The notes: a model not told the origin generated them from the letters alone. DNA of 64,000 bases from a virus (IMGVR_UViG_3300021511_000005:1-64000); one strand, 5' to 3'. Positions 28,952 to 36,350 are shown, counted from the stretch's first letter. Program-made: numbers and translations.

Positions 28952-29412
28952 TCGAGCAACCATGTGGATCCGACGAGCTTGCTACAAATCCAAGGTTGAC
29001 AGGCGCTGCCCGAGTCGGGCAGGGGGTGCCCGCGGGGTCACGGCTCCGCGGCCTCCTTGACGATCTGCTCTTGTTCCTGTTCCTGGCCTTCCTAGCGGTC
29101 CTGTTCGCGGGCTGTTGCTGGTTCTCCAAACGGTCCTGTTTCCCCGCCTGTCCGCCGCCGACCAAGGTGGTGGTGGAGGTGGAGAAGACCTGCGAGATGC
29201 CTCCTGCGGTGGTCCTGGACGCGGTCAAACGGGCGGAGTGCTCCACGGAGCCCACCTGGGCTTGCTACGCGCCCCAGGAGGCCGGCAAGCTCGCCCGGAA
29301 CCTGGCGGTCATGAAGACGTGGATACGGGAGACACGGGCGCGCTGCGGCCCCAGAGCGGCCTCTCAGCCGTCATCCCAGCCGGCCAGTCGACCAGCCCCT
29401 GATCCTCAGTAA
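28948..29412 (+). CDS. o-spanin (Rz1-like lipoprotein)
   Basis: Hydrophobic stretch ending in lipobox FAG-C; Pro/Cys-rich mature part; immediately after the i-spanin; start codon uncertain. Confidence 0.72.
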   Translation: MIEQPCGSDELATNPRLTGAARVGQGVPAGSRLRGLLDDLLLFLFLAFLAVLFAGCCWFSKRSCFPACPPPTKVVVEVEKTCEMPPAVVLDAVKRAECSTEPTWACYAPQEAGKLARNLAVMKTWIRETRARCGPRAASQPSSQPASRPAPDPQ

Positions 29413-29488
29413 TCCACAGGTTCGATGTAAACAACTCCCGGAGTGGTCTCGATCACTTGGATCGGTCAGTCCACAGGATCCCGTTCTC

Positions 29489-29497
29489 TGTGGATAA
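29489..29497 (-). promoter_or_regulatory. Perfect DnaA box (TTATCCACA on the - strand)
   Basis: TGTGGATAA at 29489-29497; one-mismatch box TAATCCACA at 29410-29418; intergenic. Confidence 0.55.
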
Positions 29498-29517
29498 GTC
29501 CGCGGGATCCAAGAATC

Positions 29518-29547
29518 TTGACAACGGGATCGCGCTTGGGGTATGCC
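29518..29547 (+). promoter_or_regulatory. Candidate sigma70-type promoter TTGACA-N18-TATGCC
   Basis: Perfect -35 and weak -10 in the intergenic gap before the replication module. Confidence 0.4.
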
Positions 29548-29677
29548 TGATCGCTGTGATTGGAGAGTGCAGACCTACATAAACGATGGGCCCCGCCGAC
29601 CTGAATCGACGGGGCCCTGATACCTTCCGCGCTGCCCTGGACTCAAGGAGGGTCACGGCGGCGAGAAAGGCTGACCC

Positions 29678-30238
29678 ATGGAAGATGCACCAGGGCTCCG
29701 GGCCCCGTCAACCCCTTCCTGTTCACACGAGTCCCCTTCTGTACCCACACGACCCCCGGCGGACATTATTCCGGGACCTTGGGCGGTTCCGCCAAGGAAG
29801 CGGACTTACACGCGCCGGGGCTCTTGCTTCTTCCGCCAGAGCACGCGGGCGTGGATGGAGACCTTCTCGGAGATACCCGTCCGCGGCCGGATCAACGGTC
29901 TCAAGGGCTCGAGCAAGGCGGGCCGCTATACGCTGAGCGCTGCGGAGCGCCGGATCCTGCTGCTGCTGGTGGATCACGGGGTCGGTCGGCGGGGGATCCA
30001 CCAGCCTGCGACTATCAAGTGGATTGCTGGTGAGCTGGGCGTAGACCCTTCGTCCACGGGCGTCGTTCTCCGCCGTTTGGGGGTCTGTGGGATCGTCGTT
30101 AACCTGGGTCGCGGACGGTCCATGGACCTGGCCGTCAACGGTGATCTGGACAACCAGTGGGGCTGGGACATGCCCCGATTGATGGAGCTGCGGAAGGTCC
30201 GCAGCCGCCAAATCACGGCGGGGACGCGGAAGTTTTGA
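29678..30238 (+). CDS. Winged-helix DNA-binding protein resembling the lambda O N-terminal (replication initiator) domain
   Basis: LSAAERRILLLL...TIKWIAGELGVDPSSTGVVLRRL...GIV...AVNGDLDNQW pattern; flanked by DnaA boxes and direct repeats; start uncertain. Confidence 0.55.
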   Translation: MEDAPGLRAPSTPSCSHESPSVPTRPPADIIPGPWAVPPRKRTYTRRGSCFFRQSTRAWMETFSEIPVRGRINGLKGSSKAGRYTLSAAERRILLLLVDHGVGRRGIHQPATIKWIAGELGVDPSSTGVVLRRLGVCGIVVNLGRGRSMDLAVNGDLDNQWGWDMPRLMELRKVRSRQITAGTRKF

Positions 30239-30303
30239 AAGGAGCGCAGTTCGATTTGAAAGGAGCGCAGCGGCCATTTGAAAGGGGCGCGCCCCTTTCA
30301 AAT
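30234..30303. repeat. Iteron-like array TTTGAAAGG(A/G)GCGC x3 direct plus 1 inverted, including a perfect 28-bp palindrome
   Basis: Copies start at 30234, 30255 and 30277; ATTTGAAAGGGGCG-CGCCCCTTTCAAAT at 30276-30303. Confidence 0.9.
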
Positions 30304-30368
30304 AGGGGGGTAGAGAAGGGGGCTTCCCCGAAGGGGAGCGGATGCCCCGAAGGGGCGTCCGCGCTAAG

Positions 30369-30399
30369 TGACAATCCATGGAATCCGCGGAAGGGTAAG
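30369..30399 (+). promoter_or_regulatory. Bipartite phage promoter-like motif, copy 1
   Basis: TGACAATCCATGGAATCCGCGGAAGGGTAAG upstream of the SF2 helicase. Confidence 0.65.
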
Positions 30400-30484
30400 A
30401 TCAGGGAGGACGTCGAAGAAACCCTGGGCTATCGCCCAGGGGCACTTCACCGGGTAACACCTTCTAGATCGAGCTGGAGAAAAG

Positions 30485-32002
30485 ATGCCCAAGGCCACGC
30501 TGACCGTCCAGAACGCCAGGTCCAAGATCGAGGGCCTGCGGCCGGAGGCCTTCAAGCTGCTGTCCTACGAGTTGGCCTACCCAGTGGCGGAGCCCGGGCA
30601 GAGGGTCTATCCCCAGCGCGACGGTTCCGCCAAGGTGGTCCACTGGGACGGCTTCGCCCGGTTGTTGCGGAAGACGGGTCAGTTTCCCAGCGGCCTGGTT
30701 CCGCGGGTGATCCGCCTGTTGCGGAAGTGGCGGATCGGCGTGGAGATTCGAGACGCGCGGAAGCGGCCCGCGGAAGCGGTGCCACGGTGGAGCTTCGCGG
30801 ACGGTTTCCAGCTCCGCGACTACCAGGCGGAGGCCTGCGAGCGGGGGATCCAGATGACACGCGGGGTCTTCGATTCCCCGCCGCGGACGGGCAAGACCGT
30901 GATGATGGCCGAGATGGCGCGTCAGGTGGCGGACACCACAGTTATCACGGCCCCCACGGTCCCCATCGCCAAGCAGACCCACGAGAAGTTGCTGGAGCTG
31001 CTGGTCCGCCACGGCGAGGGCTGGAGCAAGGTGGACGCGGACTACGAGATCCAGCTTCTGACCGGCGGGCCGCCCAAAAGCCAGAAGGCACGGCGTCAGC
31101 TCCTGCGGGCGGTGATCACGGTCTGCACCGCGGAGACGGCCACGGCGATGTCGAAGACATGGTGGGGGAAGGTTCGCTGTCTGATGGTAGACGAGCGGCA
31201 CCACCAGGCCGCCCTGAAGACCTACGGCAAGATGAACGACTTGGCGGTGGAGGCCTTCTGGCGCTGGGGTTTCACGGGGACCAACTTCCGCTCCAACCCG
31301 CTCGAGCAGGTGGCGCTGGAGGCATGCTTGGGGCGGACGGTGGCGAGCTACTCGATCGGGGACATGCGCCGGCGCGGCGTCCTGGTCCCGGGGCAGGTCC
31401 GTTTCGTGGCCTTCCAGACCCCACGCATCGGGGCCTCGGTGGACTTTCAGGGAGCCTACGAGCGCGGCGTGACTCGCTGTCAGAGCCGGAACGAGGCGGT
31501 GGCCCGGGAGGCCGTCCAGCTCCAGAGGGAGGGGCGGAAGGTCCTCGTCCTCGTCCAGCGACTCGAGCACGGCGAGCGATTGGAGAATTTGATCCCGGGC
31601 TCGAAGTTTGTCCAGGCGGACGACGGCGACGAGGTCCGCAAGGTGGTGGAGGACCTGGATCGTGGGGAGCTGACCTGCGTGATCGGCAGTCCAGTGGTGG
31701 GGGAGGGCCTGGATATCCCGAGCGCGGATGCCCTGATTTACGCCAAGGGGATGAAGGCGCGCGTCACCCACACTCAGGACACTTTCCGCGTGTTGACGGG
31801 TGGCGCCGGCAAGGAGGACGCGGTGGTGGTGGACTTTCTGGACCGCCACAACGCCAAGCTGATCGAGCATGCGATCGAGCGGATGCGGAATTATCATGCG
31901 ATGGGGATGGAGGTGACCGTTGACAACCAGGGGGGTCAGCAGTCACCATACACCCAATTGGGCTTTGGCCTGGACGGAGGCTCCATGGACAACAACACAT
32001 AA
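30485..32002 (+). CDS. Superfamily 2 DNA helicase (UvsW/RadD-like)
   Basis: LRDYQ Q-motif, PRTGKT Walker A, DERHH motif II, FTGT motif III, GEGLDIP motif V. Confidence 0.92.
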   Translation: MPKATLTVQNARSKIEGLRPEAFKLLSYELAYPVAEPGQRVYPQRDGSAKVVHWDGFARLLRKTGQFPSGLVPRVIRLLRKWRIGVEIRDARKRPAEAVPRWSFADGFQLRDYQAEACERGIQMTRGVFDSPPRTGKTVMMAEMARQVADTTVITAPTVPIAKQTHEKLLELLVRHGEGWSKVDADYEIQLLTGGPPKSQKARRQLLRAVITVCTAETATAMSKTWWGKVRCLMVDERHHQAALKTYGKMNDLAVEAFWRWGFTGTNFRSNPLEQVALEACLGRTVASYSIGDMRRRGVLVPGQVRFVAFQTPRIGASVDFQGAYERGVTRCQSRNEAVAREAVQLQREGRKVLVLVQRLEHGERLENLIPGSKFVQADDGDEVRKVVEDLDRGELTCVIGSPVVGEGLDIPSADALIYAKGMKARVTHTQDTFRVLTGGAGKEDAVVVDFLDRHNAKLIEHAIERMRNYHAMGMEVTVDNQGGQQSPYTQLGFGLDGGSMDNNT

Positions 32003-32008
32003 TCGCTT

Positions 32009-32067
32009 GGACCCTCGCGGGGTCCCGTTCGGGATTCCCGAGCCTCCGCCCCGCGCGGGTCCTTGTT
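32009..32067 (+). terminator. Long GC-rich stem-loop with nested hairpin, possible intrinsic terminator
   Basis: GGACCCTCGCGGGG (32009-32022) pairs with CCCCGCGCGGGTCC (32049-32062) with one mismatch, followed by TTGTT. Confidence 0.5.
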
Positions 32068-32095
32068 CCATGATCCGATAGAGAAGGAGGAAACG

Positions 32096-32605
32096 ATGGC
32101 GTGTAATTGCGGCAAGGATCCCCACGAACCGACGTGTCCGGAGTTCTCTGGGGTGCGGGGGATGGACGACAAGCGGCGGCTGTTGGGATTCTTCGCCCAG
32201 AAGGGACACCACAACTTGGTCCTGCGGGTGGTGGATGTCCTAGATCTGGCGGATCAGACCCAGGCCAACTTGATCGGCATGGTGGCGATCAACCGGGACG
32301 GGGGGCTTCCCGAAGTGCCCGGCGGCGATCTGAAGGGTTGGTGGTTGCAGCAGTATCCGGGCGGCTATATCACCATCCCGATCAACAAGCTCTTGGAGCC
32401 TCTCCCGCTGAAGGAAGTGGCGGTGGTCCAGCAGGTGGTGGCGGAGTATCGAGACGTCCGCATGGGTAAGGGTTCTCCCAGCCGCAAGGACCTGTGCGTC
32501 AAATGCCATGGGAAGGGCTGCAGCGATTGTCACGAGGGCTACGTCTACACCTTTTTGGAGATGGACGAGTACGAGGTGGAGCTGGCCAAGAAGGAGATCG
32601 GATGA
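32096..32605 (+). CDS. Hypothetical Cys-rich (Zn-finger) protein
   Basis: AAGGAGG RBS; CxC...H...C N-terminus and CVKCHGKGCSDCHEG C-terminus. Confidence 0.75.
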   Translation: MACNCGKDPHEPTCPEFSGVRGMDDKRRLLGFFAQKGHHNLVLRVVDVLDLADQTQANLIGMVAINRDGGLPEVPGGDLKGWWLQQYPGGYITIPINKLLEPLPLKEVAVVQQVVAEYRDVRMGKGSPSRKDLCVKCHGKGCSDCHEGYVYTFLEMDEYEVELAKKEIG

Positions 32606-32838
32606 AGCCTGGAGAGAAGACGGCGAAGCAGAACCGGGCCCATAAGCACGCCTTGGGGGATCAGCCCAACAACGTGGCTAACAAGTACTTGTCGGGGCAC
32701 CGAGGTCAGCAGGTGGTGATCTACTTCGGCCGGGAACAAATCTTGGCCGGCGAGCTGGAGGCCTTCGACCTGTACAGCTTCACCGTGGACGGTTGTCTCG
32801 TCTTCAAGGGGCCGGGCGTTTGGATCCGCGCGGTCTGA
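32602..32838 (+). CDS. Hfq-like Sm/LSm-fold protein
   Basis: 78 aa; YLSGHRGQQVVIYFGREQILAGELEAFDLYSF matches the Sm1 pattern and LVFK the Sm2 pattern; AAGGAG RBS, ATGA overlap. Confidence 0.68.
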   Translation: MKPGEKTAKQNRAHKHALGDQPNNVANKYLSGHRGQQVVIYFGREQILAGELEAFDLYSFTVDGCLVFKGPGVWIRAV

Positions 32839-33308
32839 TCAAGCTCTATAACCAGCTCGTTGGCCTGATGGTCGAGGGCAAGTTCCGGCCGAGTTATGGT
32901 CGGCGCGGCGGCTTCAAGCAGTTTACGGCCAAGAACCTGGAGCAGGCCACCGAGCTGCTGGGCTATCTTGAGGACCGCGAGTGGGATCCGCTGGTCTACT
33001 TGGCGGGGGCGTTCGGCTCGCACAACTGGTGCTACCAGCCGAAGTTCGAGCGACTCTTGACGCCCCAGTACAAGAAGCTCTACCACACGAAGGAAACGTG
33101 GGCCTGGTGGTCGCTGTTGAAGCGAGAGGACCGTTTCGCGGACAAACCCGAGGGCGTTCACCCGGGTCACGAGATCATCCGTCAACGCTACTTCGCCACC
33201 CATGGTTCCGCCGGTGGAGAGCTGTGCCACATGGAGGGTTTCGCCGGGCGCTTCGATGCGCGATCCAAGTTCTGTCCCAGCTGTCCACGGAAGGACGATT
33301 GCCGATGA
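32793..33308 (+). CDS. Hypothetical protein upstream of the replicative helicase (C-terminal Cys cluster); start uncertain
   Basis: Fills the gap; CPSC...C motif; ATGA coupling at the 3' end. Confidence 0.65.
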   Translation: MSRLQGAGRLDPRGLIKLYNQLVGLMVEGKFRPSYGRRGGFKQFTAKNLEQATELLGYLEDREWDPLVYLAGAFGSHNWCYQPKFERLLTPQYKKLYHTKETWAWWSLLKREDRFADKPEGVHPGHEIIRQRYFATHGSAGGELCHMEGFAGRFDARSKFCPSCPRKDDCR

Positions 33309-33367
33309 GCGATTGGGCGCGGGCGACGGCGAAGAGGGTAATGAAGATAGATTGGAGCAAGGAGTGA
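33305..33367 (+). CDS. 20-aa mini-ORF (MSDWARATAKRVMKIDWSKE)
   Basis: Start overlaps the upstream stop (ATGA) and stop overlaps the helicase start (GTGA). Confidence 0.45.
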   Translation: MSDWARATAKRVMKIDWSKE

Positions 33368-34773
33368 GCTTCCCCTTTGATTCAGAATTCCAGCGCAAGA
33401 TGATCAAGCTGGCTTTGGAGGATGACGGTTTCTGTTCCCAAGCCCTGAAGCACATTCAGCCGGGAATGTTTGAGTCCGACGGCCTGGCCTGGGCGTGGAA
33501 GATGATCCAACGGGAGCGGGAGGAGGGGCGTGCCCCGTCCATGCTGGTCTTGAAGGATCGACTTCGCGACGTCCAGCAAGTTCTCCAGCCGCGCTACTCG
33601 GCGCTGGTCCAGATGCTCGAGGCGGACCAGCTCCAGGAGGACCGCTTCATCCGTCATCGGCTTGCGGAGTTCATACAGCGCAACATGTTTGTGGCGGCTT
33701 TCGCGGACTCCAAGCGGCTCTACAACATGGAGCGGGTGGACGAGGCCATCGATTTGATGCGTGGTGAGTCTCAGAAGGCTGCCCAGATTACCTTCGATGC
33801 GCCGGACCGCGGGTGGTTCTTCCGGGAGCTGCAGGACCGCCAGCGGCTCCGCCGGCGGATGCAGGATCGGGCCTGGGAGTACACTTTTCCGACGGGGATC
33901 CACATCACGGACCAGGTCTTGGACGGCGGCCTGAGCCGCGGCGAATTGGGCACCTGGATCGCGGACAGCAAGGGTGGGAAATCTCTTTTCCTGGTCCATC
34001 TGGCACTCTATATCGCGCGGGCGCAGATGCAGCCCGTTTTGTTCTGCATCTTCGAGGGCAGCCGGCACCAGACGGAGAATCGGCTCGAGGCGTTGGCCGC
34101 GGGGATGTTCTACCGCGAGATCAAGCGTGGTGAGATCGATCCGGAGACCTTCGAGCGCATCATGGCGGAGTACCGCAGCCTGGCGAACAATCTGGTCACG
34201 CGCGGCTTCACCGACAGCTGGAATTACACCGGCGCCGATATCCGCGCGGAGTTGGACGACCTGCGGAGCCAGCACGGCTGGCGGCCGGTGGCGATCATCT
34301 GCGACTACGGCGACCTTTTGCGGAGCCAGGCCGGCCGCGTCAGCTCAGAGGAGCAGCATCAGAGGGACGCCTTCGGGGACTTGAAGACCATCACGACCCA
34401 GGACGACGGATATGCTCTGTGGACGGCGAGCCAGGCCAGGCGTCCATGGGAGGAGAAGGACGGCGACGACAAGAAGAAGGGTGGCAATAGGATTTGGGGA
34501 CAACGTGTGTTGCGCGCCAAGGATGTGGCCGACTCCTACAACAAGATCCGTCGGAGCGACTTTATCGGCAGCATCAATCAGTCGCCAGAGGAGAAGAAGA
34601 AGGGGGAGGCGCGGCTCTACCACGAGCTGTACCGAGACAACGCGGCCCACCGGATTTGCCGCATCAAGCAGGACCTGAATAAGATGGTCTTCGTTGACCT
34701 GCTGGACCCCTACAACCGGCCCGGCGCGCAGAACGACGGCGACCCGGAGAAGATCCCGGAGCTGGATATATGA
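33364..34773 (+). CDS. Replicative SF4 helicase (DnaB / T4 gp41-like)
   Basis: PTG...DQVLDGGLSRGELG, ADSKGGKS Walker A, ICDYGDLL Walker B, WTASQ, ADS motifs; GTG start with GGAG RBS. Confidence 0.9.
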   Translation: MSFPFDSEFQRKMIKLALEDDGFCSQALKHIQPGMFESDGLAWAWKMIQREREEGRAPSMLVLKDRLRDVQQVLQPRYSALVQMLEADQLQEDRFIRHRLAEFIQRNMFVAAFADSKRLYNMERVDEAIDLMRGESQKAAQITFDAPDRGWFFRELQDRQRLRRRMQDRAWEYTFPTGIHITDQVLDGGLSRGELGTWIADSKGGKSLFLVHLALYIARAQMQPVLFCIFEGSRHQTENRLEALAAGMFYREIKRGEIDPETFERIMAEYRSLANNLVTRGFTDSWNYTGADIRAELDDLRSQHGWRPVAIICDYGDLLRSQAGRVSSEEQHQRDAFGDLKTITTQDDGYALWTASQARRPWEEKDGDDKKKGGNRIWGQRVLRAKDVADSYNKIRRSDFIGSINQSPEEKKKGEARLYHELYRDNAAHRICRIKQDLNKMVFVDLLDPYNRPGAQNDGDPEKIPELDI

Positions 34774-35840
34774 CGGTTTGGTGGCAGGCGGAAGCCCGGT
34801 TTGACTGGGGCGAGTACGTCCGTAACAAGGGCGGGATGCGGTCGCTCCGGGGGCGCGCGGATGAGTACCTTTTGGCGTGCCCGGACTGCCATAAGCCCAA
34901 GCTGGCGGTGAACATCGCCCGGCGGAAGTGGCGCTGTTTCGTGTGCAGTGATGGCGGTCAAGACGCGGCAAGCTTGATCGCCAAGGTGGATCAGCTTCGC
35001 TTTGGGGACGCGTTGCTGCAGGTGATGACCGGCTATCGCGGCGCGGTGGGGCGGATCGATGTCATTGAACAGAGCCTCGACCCCCAGGACGATCGGCGGT
35101 TGGGCTGGATCCCCAAGCCCATTTCGTGGCCGGAGGGCTTCGTGTGGTTGGCTCCGTTCGACCGGCCCAACGGCGGGATGGTCCACCGGCGCGCCGTTCA
35201 ATATGCCATCGGTCGTGAGTGGCCAGAGTATGCGGCTGATGCTATGCGTTTGGGGGTCTGCGAGCGTGGGCGCTTTCGTGGACGGATCATCTTTCCGGCC
35301 TTTGATAGCGGGGACCGATTGATCTTCTTTCAGGGCCGGGCGACGTGGACCCCCGATCCACGGGAGCGCCATGTCAAGACGTTGAGTCCGCGGCGAGACG
35401 ATCCGGAGAATCAGGCCGGGCCGGCGGACTGCTTGCTCAATCTCCACACCGTTATGTCTCAGGGCTTCGACAGTGTGGCCTTGATTGAGGGTCCCACCGA
35501 TTGCATCAAGGCCTGGCCGGACGCGGTGGCGAGTTTCGGCAAGACGATCAGCGCTCGACAGATGGAGCTGTTGATTCGCGCGGGCGTCCGACGTGTGGAT
35601 ATCTGTTGGGACAACGATGTCATCCCGCCAGAGCAACGGGCTCGTGGGGTGATCAGCGGCTACGAGGCGGCGCTGAAGGTGGCGCCGACGATGACGGACC
35701 TGTTCGACGTTCGCGTGGTTTGTCTGCCCCTGGGGAAGGATCCGGGGGAGTTGACCAAGGAACAGCTCGAGGGGTATCGTGCTCACGCTCAGCGGTGGGG
35801 GCATGGCGACCGTTTGAGCCACATCCCGGATACGTTGTAG
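34770..35840 (+). CDS. DNA primase (Zn-binding domain + TOPRIM)
   Basis: CPDC...WRCFVC, RIIFP, FQGR, IEGPTD and WDND motifs. Confidence 0.92.
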   Translation: MTVWWQAEARFDWGEYVRNKGGMRSLRGRADEYLLACPDCHKPKLAVNIARRKWRCFVCSDGGQDAASLIAKVDQLRFGDALLQVMTGYRGAVGRIDVIEQSLDPQDDRRLGWIPKPISWPEGFVWLAPFDRPNGGMVHRRAVQYAIGREWPEYAADAMRLGVCERGRFRGRIIFPAFDSGDRLIFFQGRATWTPDPRERHVKTLSPRRDDPENQAGPADCLLNLHTVMSQGFDSVALIEGPTDCIKAWPDAVASFGKTISARQMELLIRAGVRRVDICWDNDVIPPEQRARGVISGYEAALKVAPTMTDLFDVRVVCLPLGKDPGELTKEQLEGYRAHAQRWGHGDRLSHIPDTL

Positions 35841-35863
35841 CCCTTCGGGGCGGAGGAGGCGCA

Positions 35864-36346
35864 ATGCACGAGTGGTCAAGAGTCGTCTGGGCAGTCTTGA
35901 GACCCCGTTACCGAGCTGCGCGCAGGCTGGGGCTTCATCGTGACGAGCTGGAGAGCTTGGCGGGCATGGCCGCGGTTGAGGCGGAGCTGTCGTGGGTTCC
36001 CGATGGCGGCCGGAGCCTATCCAGCTGGGTCTACCTGTGCGTGGAGTTCGCGGTCAGGAAGCGATTGGCCAAGGTCGCACGGGAGTTTGCGGACGATGAG
36101 ATGGACGAGTGGGTGATGGACCCCGATGAAGGCCCGGAAGCCCGCGTGGTGGTTTCGGAGGCCCTGGTCTATCTTCAGGCCCGGCTCACCCAGGCTGAAT
36201 GGTGGCTGCTGTGGATGTATCACGGTGAAGGCTACAGCGCCAAAGAGTTGTCCAAGCAACTTGGCCTTGCATATGGGACAGTTAGGAACCAATTGTCCGC
36301 AGCCCGTCGGAACGCGATGACAATCCTGAACCACGCGGAAGGGTAA
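35864..36346 (+). CDS. Phage-encoded minimal (ECF-like) RNA polymerase sigma factor
   Basis: GGAGGAGG RBS; region 2 (DELES...W.PDGGRSLSSWVY) and region 4 HTH (EGYSAKELSKQLGLAYGTVRNQLSAAR). Confidence 0.82.
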   Translation: MHEWSRVVWAVLRPRYRAARRLGLHRDELESLAGMAAVEAELSWVPDGGRSLSSWVYLCVEFAVRKRLAKVAREFADDEMDEWVMDPDEGPEARVVVSEALVYLQARLTQAEWWLLWMYHGEGYSAKELSKQLGLAYGTVRNQLSAARRNAMTILNHAEG

Positions 36347-36347
36347 G
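36318..36347 (+). promoter_or_regulatory. Bipartite phage promoter-like motif, copy 2
   Basis: TGACAATCCTGAACCACGCGGAAGGGTAAG at the 3' end of the sigma gene, ending 4 nt before the next ATG. Confidence 0.65.
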
Positions 36348-36350
36348 GAT

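Noticed and set aside
29412-29680. tRNA or tmRNA in the intergenic gap (GGTTCGA at about 29419)
   Set aside because: No cloverleaf, acceptor stem or T-stem pairing around it
30234-30303. Repeats as a mini-CRISPR array
   Set aside because: Units of 14-16 bp with spacers of only a few bp, far below CRISPR dimensions; no cas genes
30276-30303. Palindrome as a protelomerase (telRL) site
   Set aside because: Short (28 bp), built from the iteron unit, and no protelomerase gene in the window; not excluded if one lies elsewhere
30157-31923. 588-aa plus-strand ORF running through the iterons, reachable by a -1 slip at the end of the O-like gene
   Set aside because: Arg/Gly/Ala-rich out-of-frame shadow of the SF2 helicase; no canonical slippery heptamer
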